Source: Adineta vaga
Taxonomy: Eukaryota; Animalia; Rotifera
Assembly: GCA_021613535.1 (NCBI GenBank)
Contig: CP075494.1
Coordinates: 16,492,001 to 16,556,000 of the forward strand
Reading direction: 5' to 3'
DNA length: 64,000 nucleotides
Part shown: in pieces, positions 11,911 to 24,233 of the stretch
Position numbering within the stretch: position 1 is the first letter of the stretch
Layout: each line of letters begins with the position of its first letter
Made by a program: the position numbers and the translations under genes
The notes under the pieces: generated by a model
Seen by the model: the letters and a program-made list of their open reading frames with translations, nothing else
What the model was told of the DNA's origin: nothing
The model's database searches: none

Positions 11911-13411
11911 AACTGAGTTTTTCTACGCACATGTAAAAATGTACACAGCGATTCATCTGGATTTTTCTGCGTGGATGACTTGTCTTTTTTTGTTAATTGA
12001 ATAAATCACAGCATAAAATTAGTTCTTGAGGAAAAAGACATAGTTTTAGTTGAACATAGATATCAATGTATATGTGATTTATAATTAAGCAAGATCAAAA
12101 TAAATCTATTTCTAACAATTTCTATTTTCACAAGGAGAACATTGGAAATACTCTATAAATGCATCAAATTAAAACTACATCTAGTCCTAATATATATTCA
12201 AAGTCGTATAAGGCATCGCATGGCTTCGCGAGGAAAAACGACGTTCGTATGTTGTTGTTTTTTTCAACAAAATATATTTATCATGTGAAAAAATATACTT
12301 CATTACCTGTACAAACATCGTTTATATGCGTACAAAAGTATATTTTTCGACGTAGTAAATACACGTTTTGTTGGAAAAAACAACATAAGAACGATCGTTT
12401 CTTATCGATTTTATCTATCTGGATATTAGTCAAATTTCGTTGAGATGATCATTTGTAAGAATATGTCCATAAGATAGGAAAATTTCAGAGATAAAAATAG
12501 ACACAATTCTGTTTTTTATTCTACCTAAATCTTGAGGTTATGTGAGGTGATAAAACGGACTCAAAAAAATCCCTTATACTATCATCCACCGTTGTTTAGG
12601 TTTTATATTTCGACAACACGAACCCATGGAATGTCTAAAAAACGTTACATATGTGAACTATACTAAAATGTACTTTTGAATTGATCATGACTTGACCAAT
12701 TCTTTGGTATTTGATTGTCGTCTTCATAATATTCTGCTGAAATTTTATTGAATAAATTCGTGTTCTCTAAAACATAGTTTGCGAGTAACACTAATATTAA
12801 TCATAGCCTGTCGTTCTTATTCAAATGCTAATACCATCGAGATTTTTCTTAATTTTTCATTACTATTAAATACATCTTGCGAAGATAAATAGATCTATGA
12901 TGAATAGATGACTTAGGCATTTTGCGTTTTAATCTTGTAACTCAATTCATGAAAATAAAAAAGTGATTCTCTCGGACATTTATTAAAAATAGTTTTATCA
13001 GGTTTTTTTTATTATCATTATCGACGAAATATTATATAAGACGAAAAGAAAGAGATGAGATTTCAAGGTTATTTAATGTGTGATGTAACCAGTACAACAC
13101 AATAATAATAAAAAGCTGAGGTTGTTGTGTAACTGTTTCGTTTTCTGTTAATAAAAAAAAGGTAGGTTTATTTTTACCTTTTCAACGTCGATACAGAGTA
13201 GTGTTATACAACAGCATCTTATGTAACGAATGTTTTTTTGAATAGTTTTCGTACTTTGATTGATAAAGGTGGACTTTTCTTTCTATGTTAATGTCAAATA
13301 CAAGATTATGCTAAATAAATATCTCTTCCTACAAGTATATATATACACAGGTAAATCGTTTGATATATTTATCTGTTCATTTACTCGTCGATTTCAAAAG
13401 AAGAAATAATT

Positions 13412-14037
13412 ATGCAATCAATAACGATAGTCGTTTGTGTGTCAATAATTTTATATCAAGCAACTCTTATTAAAAGTATAGTGTATATAAATATTATTTA
13501 TTTATAAAAATTTAATTAATTAATTTAGCACAAACTACTGACATTGTTCAAACTGCCATTAACAATGGTAATTTTAAAACACTTGTTGCAGCATTACAAG
13601 CTGCTGATCTTGTCGCAACATTGAAAGGCAATGGTCCATTTACTGTATTTGCACCTACTGATACCGCATTTGGCAAACTACCAGCGGGTACTGTTGATGA
13701 TTTACTCAAACCAGAAAATAAAGGAAAATTAGCTGGAATCTTAAAGTATCATGTTATCAATGGTAAAAGTTTAACATCAGCACAAATCAATGCAATGACT
13801 TTACCAGTAAAAGTAGAAATGTTAGAAGGTAGTACAGTTACTGTCAGTAAAGATGGAAATAATCTTAAAGTAAATGATGCTACAGTTATTATACCTGATG
13901 TTATAGCTACCAATGGGATTATTCATGTGATTGATACAGTTCTTATGCCTCCTGCATCAAGTTCTGCAACATCTATTTTTCTTAATCAATCAATTTTCTT
14001 TATTTTATTTTTGACAATTTTATTTTCTTTATTTTAA
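13412..14037 (+). CDS. Single-domain fasciclin (FAS1) protein with signal peptide and C-terminal hydrophobic (GPI-like) tail
   Basis: Exon 1 (13412-13475) encodes MQSITIVVCVSIILYQATLIK. A phase-1 intron (13476-13528) is followed by DIVQTAINNGNFKTLVAALQAADLVATLKGNGPFTVFAPTDTAF...ILKYHV...DVIATNGIIHVIDTVLMP and the tail ASSSATSIFLNQSIFFILFLTILFSLF. Confidence 0.92.
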
Positions 14038-14081
14038 TAAAAGAAAATATTTTATTCTAATTAATAGAATGTACTATCAAC

Positions 14082-14501
14082 CATCTTGAGGGTGGGTGTG
14101 GATAATGATTCTTTATTTTAACCCACATCCCCATCGTGTTTTATTACAAAAAATATTTTCATTAAGATAAATAGAAAAAAGAAACTTACTTAAGTATGGG
14201 TGTGGATGATAGATAGATGTAGTACTCACACCCACATCCAGCCTGCATAATTACTCTTTAAGGTTCTCTTTCGTTTCAGCTGTCGTACATTTTGCCTTGA
14301 AATATAAATAACCAATCTATTTTTGTTGATGTCGATGTTGAAATCCAAGAAATGATATAGAAATTTTCGATGATATACTTTTCTAATCTATTTCTTCATA
14401 CAACCAAAGAAATAATTCTCATCTTCAATTCATTCATCAACATGTACTGACCATAAGCATTTCATCAATTGAGGGTGGGTGTGATATATTTATTCCTCAA
14501 T
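14082..14501. repeat. Cluster of three telomere-hexamer-like inverted repeat elements
   Basis: 14082 CATCTTGAGGGTGGGTGTG...ACCCACATCCCC; 14197 TGGGTGTGGATG...CTCACACCCACATCCA; about 14467 ATTGAGGGTGGGTGTGA...CCTCAAT. Confidence 0.65.
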
Positions 14502-15464
14502 CATTCTTATTGAATGCTAAAATTTCTTTTAATGCTCAACCAGGGTTGCTTCTCTCAAAGAGGAACCGTACGGATGCAATTTGTTTTCATAATTTATGAT
14601 CCAGTGCGGAATTAATTACGATAATTTCTTTGTATGATTGTACGGAAAATGTTTGTTGATGATATTGTCATTCAAAAATAATGAAATTTTCAAGAACCAC
14701 TCTCATCTATAGTATGGAAAGATTAGTTAACAGAAAATCTTTTTCTTTCAGCTATTTCTTCTAAAATCGTCATATGTCGTAGGTGATAATTAGTTCTTAT
14801 TTTCGTATCAGACAGAAACGTTTTTGATAAATAAATATTTTGCTTATCTTGTGTTCATTATAGTTTTCTCAAAATATATTCGTATCGTTGAATTTGTAAT
14901 TCAAACTGTCTGACGCAATTGCGAAACATAAACAGCATTCTTTTTCATAGTGACTAATATTTTCTAATGAATTCACATTTGATGAAAGAAAAAAACTATT
15001 GAAATTTCCATTAGTTGAAGATCTGAATAAAACAAGAATCTAATTAAAATATTTCAAATAAAAATGTTCGTCAAATATATAATTACATTTGACATAGAAA
15101 AAAAAGCATGTAGATCATGAATAGAATTATATTTAATAAATATAGTTACGAGTTACGAACTGTTTTTCTTCCTTATTTCTATACTTTACTGAAGTGACGA
15201 ATTACGAGAACATTGTGTTGTCCTGAAATACAAAAATTGAAAAACATTACAATTGATATTAATGATTATTCTTTGTTTTTCTCTAACAATTTTACAATTA
15301 ACTAAGATAATATCTGAGTTTTGTTTAGAATATAACAGAAAAATATTCAATTAGAAAATATACTTCACTGAGCAGAAGAAATAAATTATTATTTTTATAT
15401 AAACAGATATTCATTTTCTTGCTTTTATTTACACATATTAACGTTCATAGATATTAAAACTTTA

Positions 15465-17321
15465 ATGGTAAGTATGACACGTATTCTAATCATATTAAAT
15501 CGATAACATACACAAATTCATTTCGTTATTTTGGGTGTGAATGAGGGTGTACATTATGTTATGTTCTTAACCCACACCCACATTCTCCTTGTTTCACAGA
15601 TAATATAATTCACTTATTCATCTAGTCTGATTTTTCAAATCTACATATTGACTTATTTAGAATCCTCAATCATCATTCGATGTCGCTAAAAATATTGTCA
15701 TTGTGCAACAACCAGTTTTTTCCAAATCAATTCAAAAGTCAATATACTAAACTATCATCTTTATTATTTTATTAATAATAACAAATTTCATTTTAAGGAC
15801 TAATTTCTTGTCAAGACACAAAGCAAAATTCATCAGGATCATTATCTTTGTTATAACATTGGCTATTTCGGCTCTCATCGGACATTTTGTTTTCGCTCGT
15901 ACTCCCATACTAAAATCAACAACAACAAAAACAACAACTCTGATAAATCTTACTACTAGTAAGTACACATTTCATATTTTGTCAAAGAAAAATGCATATA
16001 ATGCATTCACATAGGAACATCTTTAGTCGATATTTTGAAATTTTGTTATGGTTCATATTTTTAGAAACTACTAGAACATTATCATCAACAAACAGCAGAT
16101 CGACAACAATATCGAGTACTACTGGTAAATATATTTAAATAAAAATAAAACTTGTCAAATAAATATATGTTTAGTTCGAACATCGACTAGAAGTAGCAGC
16201 ACTAGTTCAAGTTCGAATTCATCTAGTAAGTCATTTCATTAATTATTGCATCAATATATTTATATTAATTTATAGATATTTCCTGTCCATCATTACCCTT
16301 TAGTTCATATATATCATATTCAACTGGAACTGGACCATGGTCAATAAGTATTGCTGATTTAGATAATGATAATAAAAAGGATATTATTGTTCTTAATGCA
16401 AATGATGGAAATCTTGGAATATATTTTAATCAAGGAAATGGAACATTTCAAATACCAATACTCTTTCAAACTAGTATTAATCCTGCATTTGTCACATGTA
16501 CTGATTTAAATCATGACAATATATCAGATGTAATCTTAACTCAAACTACAAGTAATAGTATCGGTTTATTTCTTGGTTTTGGCAATAAAAATTTTAGTTC
16601 ACGTATAAATATTCCAGTTGGTCTTTATCCATATTGGGTTGGTTTTGGTGATTTTAATAAGGATAAAAATTTAGATTTTATCACTACTAATAATTATGAA
16701 AGTACTGTTAGTGTTTTATTTGGATACAGTAATGGAAGTTTTATTAGTGTCAACACTGTAACAACAGGTAGTGGACCAACGGGAGTAGCTATTGCTGACT
16801 TCAATGCTGATAATTATTCGGATTTTGTTGTTACTGATTATAATAGTAATACAGTAAGTTTGTTTATTAATTATGGTAATGGAAGTTTTCAACAACGTAT
16901 ATCTTATCCAACGGGAACCTCTCCATGGGGAATAGCTATTGCAGATTTTAATCATGATGATTATATAGATATTGTTATTGTTAACTATGGTAGTAATACA
17001 ATGAGTTTATTGTTGGGAAACGGAAATGGAACACTTCGATCACAAAAATCCTATTCAACTGGACAATATCCAATGTCAGTAGCTGTTGGTGATTTGAATA
17101 ATGATACACATATTGATATTGTAGTTGCTAATTTCTATAATAATTACTTAAGTGTTTTTCGTGGGTATGGTGATGGGAATTTTACAACAGCTATGACTTT
17201 AACAACAGATTGGTATGTAACATCAGTAGCTATTGCTGATTTGAATGGTGATGGTCGTTTAGATATAGCTGCTACTACTCAATACAGTAAAACTTTAAAT
17301 ATATTTTTCAGTATATGTTAA
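15465..17321 (+). CDS. Type II membrane FG-GAP/VCBS 7-repeat beta-propeller protein with Ser/Thr-rich stalk
   Basis: Putative ATG|GTAAGT at 15465, exon at 15661, TM exon (KFIRIIIFVITLAISALIGHFVF), two S/T-rich mini-exons, then an open exon 16276-17321 with seven D(L/F)(N/D)xDxxxD repeats ending FFSIC*. The 5' exons are less certain. Confidence 0.85.
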
Positions 17322-17422
17322 TTTCATAAGATTTAACTTTTATTTGCTTATCAGTTTAAATTTAAATAATATTTCAAATACATTATTATTTATCATATTC
17401 AAGAGGAAAAAAACGAAACTTT

Positions 17423-17484
17423 ATCTTGAGGGTGAGTGTGAACATTTGATCATAGAATTATGCTAACATTCACACCCTCAATAT
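17423..17484. repeat. Telomere-hexamer-like inverted repeat element between convergent genes
   Basis: ATCTTGAGGGTGAGTGTGAA...TTCACACCCTCAATAT. Confidence 0.75.
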
Positions 17485-17662
17485 GAGTAGAATTTATTAT
17501 ATTTTATTCATCAATATACGAACAACATTGATTTACATTGAATAATATATGTGGAACAAAAAGTATTAAGCCTTAGTTAAATTTAAAGATACAAATACAA
17601 ACTGATTGAAAGCAAAGCAAATAATGTCTCTTACTACGATACGATCTATATTCATTTTCAGT

Positions 17663-20600
17663 TTATAAATTATATGAATTTGATTGATCATCAATCAATG
17701 AAATATTTGTTGTTTGTAATGACATTATTGGAACAACTTTTGCTTTTCTTTTCTGAATCGAAATTAATAATCTTATAAAAACTTTAGAAATACCAAATTT
17801 AAGAGCCGTTACTAAACCACCAAGAAGACCAATAACTGTTGTAATTATATAAATAGCATCATTTCTAGTTTCATATGTATATCGACATTCATATGGTTGA
17901 CATTCACTAAAATATAATTCATATAATATTGACCAATTCCATTTTTCAATCATTAATTGATTAAGTATAACTTCTAATGTTGTATTAGGTGAATATTGAC
18001 TTTCTAATGATGAATTAAGAGGTATTGGATTGATTATTATAGAAGAATTATTTGTAGGTTTGATCATATTTATACATATTTCATCATAAAAACATTCAAA
18101 TGTTGATTGTAAAAGACCTTCAATAATATAACATCCAAGAAACATTCCTGGTACTTGATAATATTTAATATGATCATTATTTCTATAAAGAACACTTGGT
18201 TCAATACAAGTATTAATCATTCCACAAGAACAACCATTTCGTACAATTGATCCAGTAAATATAATATTTACTGAATATCCTGAAACAGAAGGTTCCCAAT
18301 AATAATGATCAGTTAATGTTGCTGATCCAATTGCATTTGCATAAGTTGTACTTCGAATTAATTGAAATGATTGTAAAAATATATTTATTGTTGATGAAAT
18401 AAATTGATTAACAAAAGAATCAATTTGAGATTTTAATAAATCTTTCGATGTTATTATAACACTTGTATATTCATTAAAATAAAAATTCTTTAAATTTTCA
18501 ATAATTATTTTATCAATTGATTCACATAAAAATATAATTCCTTGAAATATATATATACTATAACTTCGAAAATCATCACGAGATACATTTGTAAATTGTA
18601 AATACATTAATTTTAACCAAATTTCATTGATAAAATCACTATGACATATTGGATGAAATTGATATGTTATATTAACTAATTTATTATATTTTATTGAAGT
18701 TTTATTACATGGACATGTTAATTGTTCAGAATATTTCGAATATAATTCAATATAATCTTCAATTGAGGGATTTTCGATATGAATTGTTTTATTTATTTGA
18801 ATTGATGATGTATATAAAATAAGATTAAACATTCCAACAAATAATAGAAAAAGAAATAATTCTGTTGATAATCTTTGATTTCGTAATGTTTGATAATCAG
18901 TTGATGGTGGAATTGAAGGAAAAATATTGAACGTTTTTATAAATTTAATCATTTCAGTAAGAATAATACGAATGGATTGACTCAAGCTGTTTACTAAAAA
19001 AGAATTTTTCTATTAATTTTAATCATAATCTATTTCTTTCCTCTAATATAACGAGTCAGAGACATGCGCGGCAGTGATTTTTCATGCCCACGTGGAAAAA
19101 TCCTTATAAGTCTTATCCGTCTCGTCAAATTTAACAACGCATATAGAACAATTCACTTACTAATTGAAGTTTTAGTAAATGCTTTGTTTTATATATTTAA
19201 TTTATTCATCATATTACACTCTTTCCCTCTAAATTATATATTAATCATATTTGAATATCTTACCAGGTTGATTTCTTCGACGTTGTTTCTTTGTTTTAAT
19301 TAATTTAATAATAAATGGAGAAATTATTTTAAGAGCTGTAACTAAACCTCCAGTTAAACCACATATAGTTGTAATTATATAAATAAGATCATTTCTAGTT
19401 TCATATGTATATCGACATTCATATGGTTGACATTCACTAAAATATAATTCATATAATATTGACCAATTCCATTTTTCAATCATTAATTGATTAAGTATAA
19501 CTTCTAATGTTGTATTAGGTAAATATTGACTTTCTAATGATGAATCAAGAATTTGTATTTTATTTTCATCATCAAAAACTCCTATAAACAATATTTGATC
19601 AATACATTGTTGTTGAAAAAAACATTCTAAAGTTGATTGAAGAAGACTTTCAATTGGATAACATCCTGTATATATTCCAGGTATTATATAGAAATCTTGT
19701 GTTATTAATCTTTGAAAATAAGCTGATTGAATACATGTTTTATTAATTGCACAATTACAATTTGAATAAATCTTTGGTAATGTTGTTAAATTACTATTTG
19801 AACGATAACTTCGTATAAATTCATAATTTGTTTCTAATGATGATATTAAATTATTTATTTGAGTTGTACTTCGAATTAATTCTAATGATAAAATAAAATT
19901 TGCTTTTGTTGATGATATAAATTGATTAACTAATGAATCTATTTGTATTTTTAATATATCTTTTGATGTTATTATTGATTGAACATATTCTTTTGAATTA
20001 AATTCATTTAAACTATCAGATATTCTTTTATTAACTAATTCACAAAAATATTTTAATGATTGAAACATATGTGGACCAATATAGATAAAATCTTCTTTAG
20101 AATAATCCATTAGAGAATCTAAAGTATCTAAATTTTCAATCCATCTATTAATAATATTTTCATCAATAATATTACTATGACATATTTCATGAAATTGATA
20201 TGTTATATTAACTAATTTATTATATTTTATTGAGATTTTATTACATGGACATGTTAATTGTTCAGAATATTTCGAATATAATTTAATATAATCTTCAATT
20301 GATGGATTTTTGACATAAATTGTTTTATTTATTTGAATTAATGATGTATATAAAATAAGAATAAACATTCCAAGAAATAATAAGAAAAGAAATAATTTTG
20401 TTGATAATTTTTCATTTCGTAATGTTTGAAGATCAATTGATGGTGGAATTGAAGGAAATAAATTGATATTTAATAAATAAAATTTCATTTTTAAAAATAA
20501 ATAACGAACAAATTTTCGATTTTGATTATCTATATCGTAGAAAAAGAGGATATAATAATTCTAATAATGTTTATTTATTTATATATCATACTTTTTATTG

Positions 20601-21843
20601 ATGATGTTTGAGAATGATTTTGATTTAAAATAAATTTGACAATAAATGGAATAATTATTTTAAGAATTGTAACTAAACCACCAATAAGACTAATAAGAGT
20701 TGTAAGAATATAAATAGGTTTATTTGTTATTTCTAATGTATATAAACATTGATATGGTGAACATTGTTGATAATAATTAGAATAAAGAATAGACCAATTC
20801 CATTGTTCAATCATTAATTGTTCAAATATAATTTCAATTGATGTATTAAACATATATTGACTTTGTAATGATAAATTAAGAGGTATTGGATTAATTGAAT
20901 ATGTATGTGTTAATATATCATATCGAATATGATTAAGACATTCTTGACTATAAAAACATTCAAGAGTTGATTTCATAATTGCTTCAATTGAATAACATCC
21001 CGTATTTAAACCAGGTAATCTATAGATAATTCCAATTCTTGGATAACCTTGAAATGTTCCTTGTTGAATACATGTTGATTTCGCTCGACAATTACAATCA
21101 TTATAAATATTAGGAATTAAACGTAGATTATTATTATCATTCGAATTAATTAAATAAAAAAAATATCCATTTTGATATGATGTAAATAAAGCATTTGCTT
21201 GTGTTGTACTTCGTATCATTTCTAATGATAATAAAAAATTTTCTTTTATTGATAATATAAATTGATTAACTAATGAATCAATAATCAATTGAAATAATTC
21301 ATAAGATATTATTGATTCACTTATATATTCATTTGTATAAAATTTATTTAAACTATTTAATATGATTTCATTTGATGATTGACAAAAAATTGATAATCCA
21401 CGAAGAATATGTGAACCGATTTTTCTATAATCTTCATCATACATTGTTAATTCATGTGATGAAAAGAAAACAAACCAATAATCACTTACAAAATCACTTG
21501 TACATATTTCATGAAATTTATAATTAATAGAAAGAATTTTATCATATTTTATTGATGTTTTACTACATAAACATGTTAATGTTGAAGAATATTTAGAAGA
21601 TAATTCTAAATAATCTTCATAATTAGGATCATTTATATTTATACTTTTTGTTATTCGAATTAAAGATGTATAAAGTGTTAAAATTATTAATAACCATATT
21701 AATAAAATAAGAAATAATCGTGTTGAAATTATTTGCCATTGTAATATTGATTCATCAGTTGATGGTGGAATGGATGAAAATAAATTCAAATTTTTAAGAT
21801 AATCAATTAATTTTCCTCGTAAATTAGAACGATTAGTTTTCAT
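17663..21843 (-). CDS. Single spliced gene (~1270 aa) with three tandem TM / Cys-rich ectodomain / TM units; uncharacterised family
   Basis: The three ORFs join in frame through phase-1 introns 20591-20530 (AAAA|GTATGA...TATAG|AT) and 19263-18994 (CCTG|GTAAGA...TTTTAG|TA). Each unit has NxFxSIPPS, TM1, LTCxCxK, HxICxS, CxCxxxxxC, PGxxxGCYxIE, STxECF, LMIExWNWSILY, CxPYxCxY and TM2 IYIxTTxxxLxGGLVTxLK. Confidence 0.85.
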
Positions 21844-22078
21844 ATCTATAACAAAATAAACTTCGAATGGAGAGGAGGATACAGGAATATTATTCTATAT
21901 CATATATAACAAAGCAACTGCGTAATCAATCTTCTTTTCTTTCTTTTCAAGCAAAATAAATATATTAAGGAAATGAAATTCTAAGAACTATTGAATATTT
22001 TCGATTATAAATCATTTTTCTTTTAAAGATTTAATTAAAAGAATTTTTAATTGTTTTTCATTTTATTTAAAAATTAAA

Positions 22079-23820
22079 ATGATTGAAGTCATACCAGTAA
22101 GTTAGATTTATATAATAAATAAAATCTTAAATAGCATCTTTCTAATCTACAATTATGATATGTAAAGAAATTGAAAAATTCTTGATTACACGATACATTA
22201 TAATGTATGTGTAAGTCTATAAGTTTTTTATTCATTAAAAAAAACTCTCTTTGATCGGATAATATGATTATTTACAATTTAATGTCTTAAAGGATACTAC
22301 CAATCAATTATCTACTCAAAAAACTATAATAGTTAATAATAAGTATGTAGTAAAAATTAATTGTTTAGATCATTTTTGATTTATTATTCTTTAGAGAAAA
22401 TATTCGATCAACAGGTTATCGATTGATACTTTTGGAAAGTATTGTTGGATCAATAATATTTATTGGAACATTTACTGTTATTGTTACTTTAATTCATGAT
22501 CGTGAATCTTCATTTTCGAATCTTTCAAAAGATATAACAGGTTAATATTTATAATTATTTGTTTATTTATCTTTCTGATCAACAGTAAAGACTAATTGAA
22601 TAATTACGCAAATATATTAATTATTTTATTTAATATAATTAGAATCGACTATAATAATCACATCTATTCCATATAAAAGTTCAACACCAATATCAAAATC
22701 AACAATACGTAAATATATATAGATATATATTTAAGAATTTTCAAAGAATAAAATTTATTATGAATATGATTTAGGTCCAAGATGTGAAGAATTAACATTT
22801 GTATCAGTGGGTGTTTATGAAATTTTATCAAATGCTTTTTCAATTAGTATTGGTGACTTAAATAATGACAAAAATTTGGATATAATTATTTCTAATTGGA
22901 ATAATAATCAATTTGATTTATTTTTCGGTTATGGAAATGGAAGTTTTGGTTCACATAGAATTTATTTAACAATTGATCTTATCTATTTTATTGTTATTGA
23001 TGATATTAATAATGATAATAATAATGATATTATTATTGTTCATCATAAAACAAATCAAGTTGGTCTTTTAATTGGATATGGAAATGGAACTTTTCAAAAT
23101 GAAATTTATTTTACAATTTTTGATTATCCAGTTTCTATTGCTGTTGGTAATTTTAATGATGATATTTATCGAGATTTAGTAATTCCTTGTATGGATAATC
23201 ATGTAGCAGCGGTTATTTTAATTAATTCAACTATAAATCTATCATGGTCTATCAAAAATTATGTAACTGGATATCTTCCAAGTTCAGTAGTTGTTAATGA
23301 TTTTAATAATGATAATAAAGATGATTTTGCTGTTATTAATTCTTTTATTAATAGTGTAAGTGTTTATTTAGGAATAGGAAATGGAAGTTTTATTTTTACA
23401 AATTCTTTTATAACAATGATTGATCCATTAGTAATAGCTACTGGTGATTTTAATGGTGATAATATTATAGATATTGTTACAGTTAATTGTAATAGTTATT
23501 CGTTCAGTTTATTATTTGGTTATGGAAATGGATATTTTCAAGAACAAAAAAATTATTCAACTAATATATGTTCTTATTCTGTAGCTGTTGCTGATTTAAA
23601 TGGAGATAGTTATTTAGATTTAGTTTTTGATAATTATCATAATTCAAGTATTATGATTTATCTTGGTTATGGTGATGGAAATTTTCGACCACCAATTCGT
23701 GTGTTTACACCAATAAATGCAATTTTTGTTGCTGTTAATGATTTTAATCATGATGGTCGTTTAGATTTAGCTATTTCACATTATAATGGATATTTAAGTA
23801 TTCTTTTAAATACATGTTAA
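22079..23820 (+). CDS. Type II membrane FG-GAP/VCBS 7-repeat beta-propeller protein
   Basis: Phase-compatible exons: ATG 22079 MIEVIP|, DTTNQL.., TM exon (LILLESIVGSIIFIGTFTVIVTLI), an S/T-rich mini-exon, and a last exon RPRCEEL... with seven DxNxD repeats ending LLNTC*. Confidence 0.85.
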
Positions 23821-24233
23821 TATTATTTTATTTCTCATTTTTATTCTATATTAATAATATTTTAATCTAGAGATTTTTTTTCTTTTCTTTTCTTTTCTTT
23901 AATAAGAATTCTTTGTTTTATTATTTCAAAATAAATATTCAAGAAAAAACAGTGATATGAAATATTTTATAAAATCAGAATTTCAATCGTTAAATAGATA
24001 ATATTTGTACCTTTCATATTCTTATTCATACCTACGACGAAAGGACTATTTTCATTTATTATATAATATTAATTTGATTTGTGTCATTTTTTGACATGTA
24101 TAAAATATTTATATAAAATATCATAAATAATTTTTGAGATAAGATTAGATATTTATCATTCAATGATTGAATGAATATTATTAAATATAAAGAAGAGAAG
24201 AATCATAGAAATTCATATTGAATTTTTCTAAAC

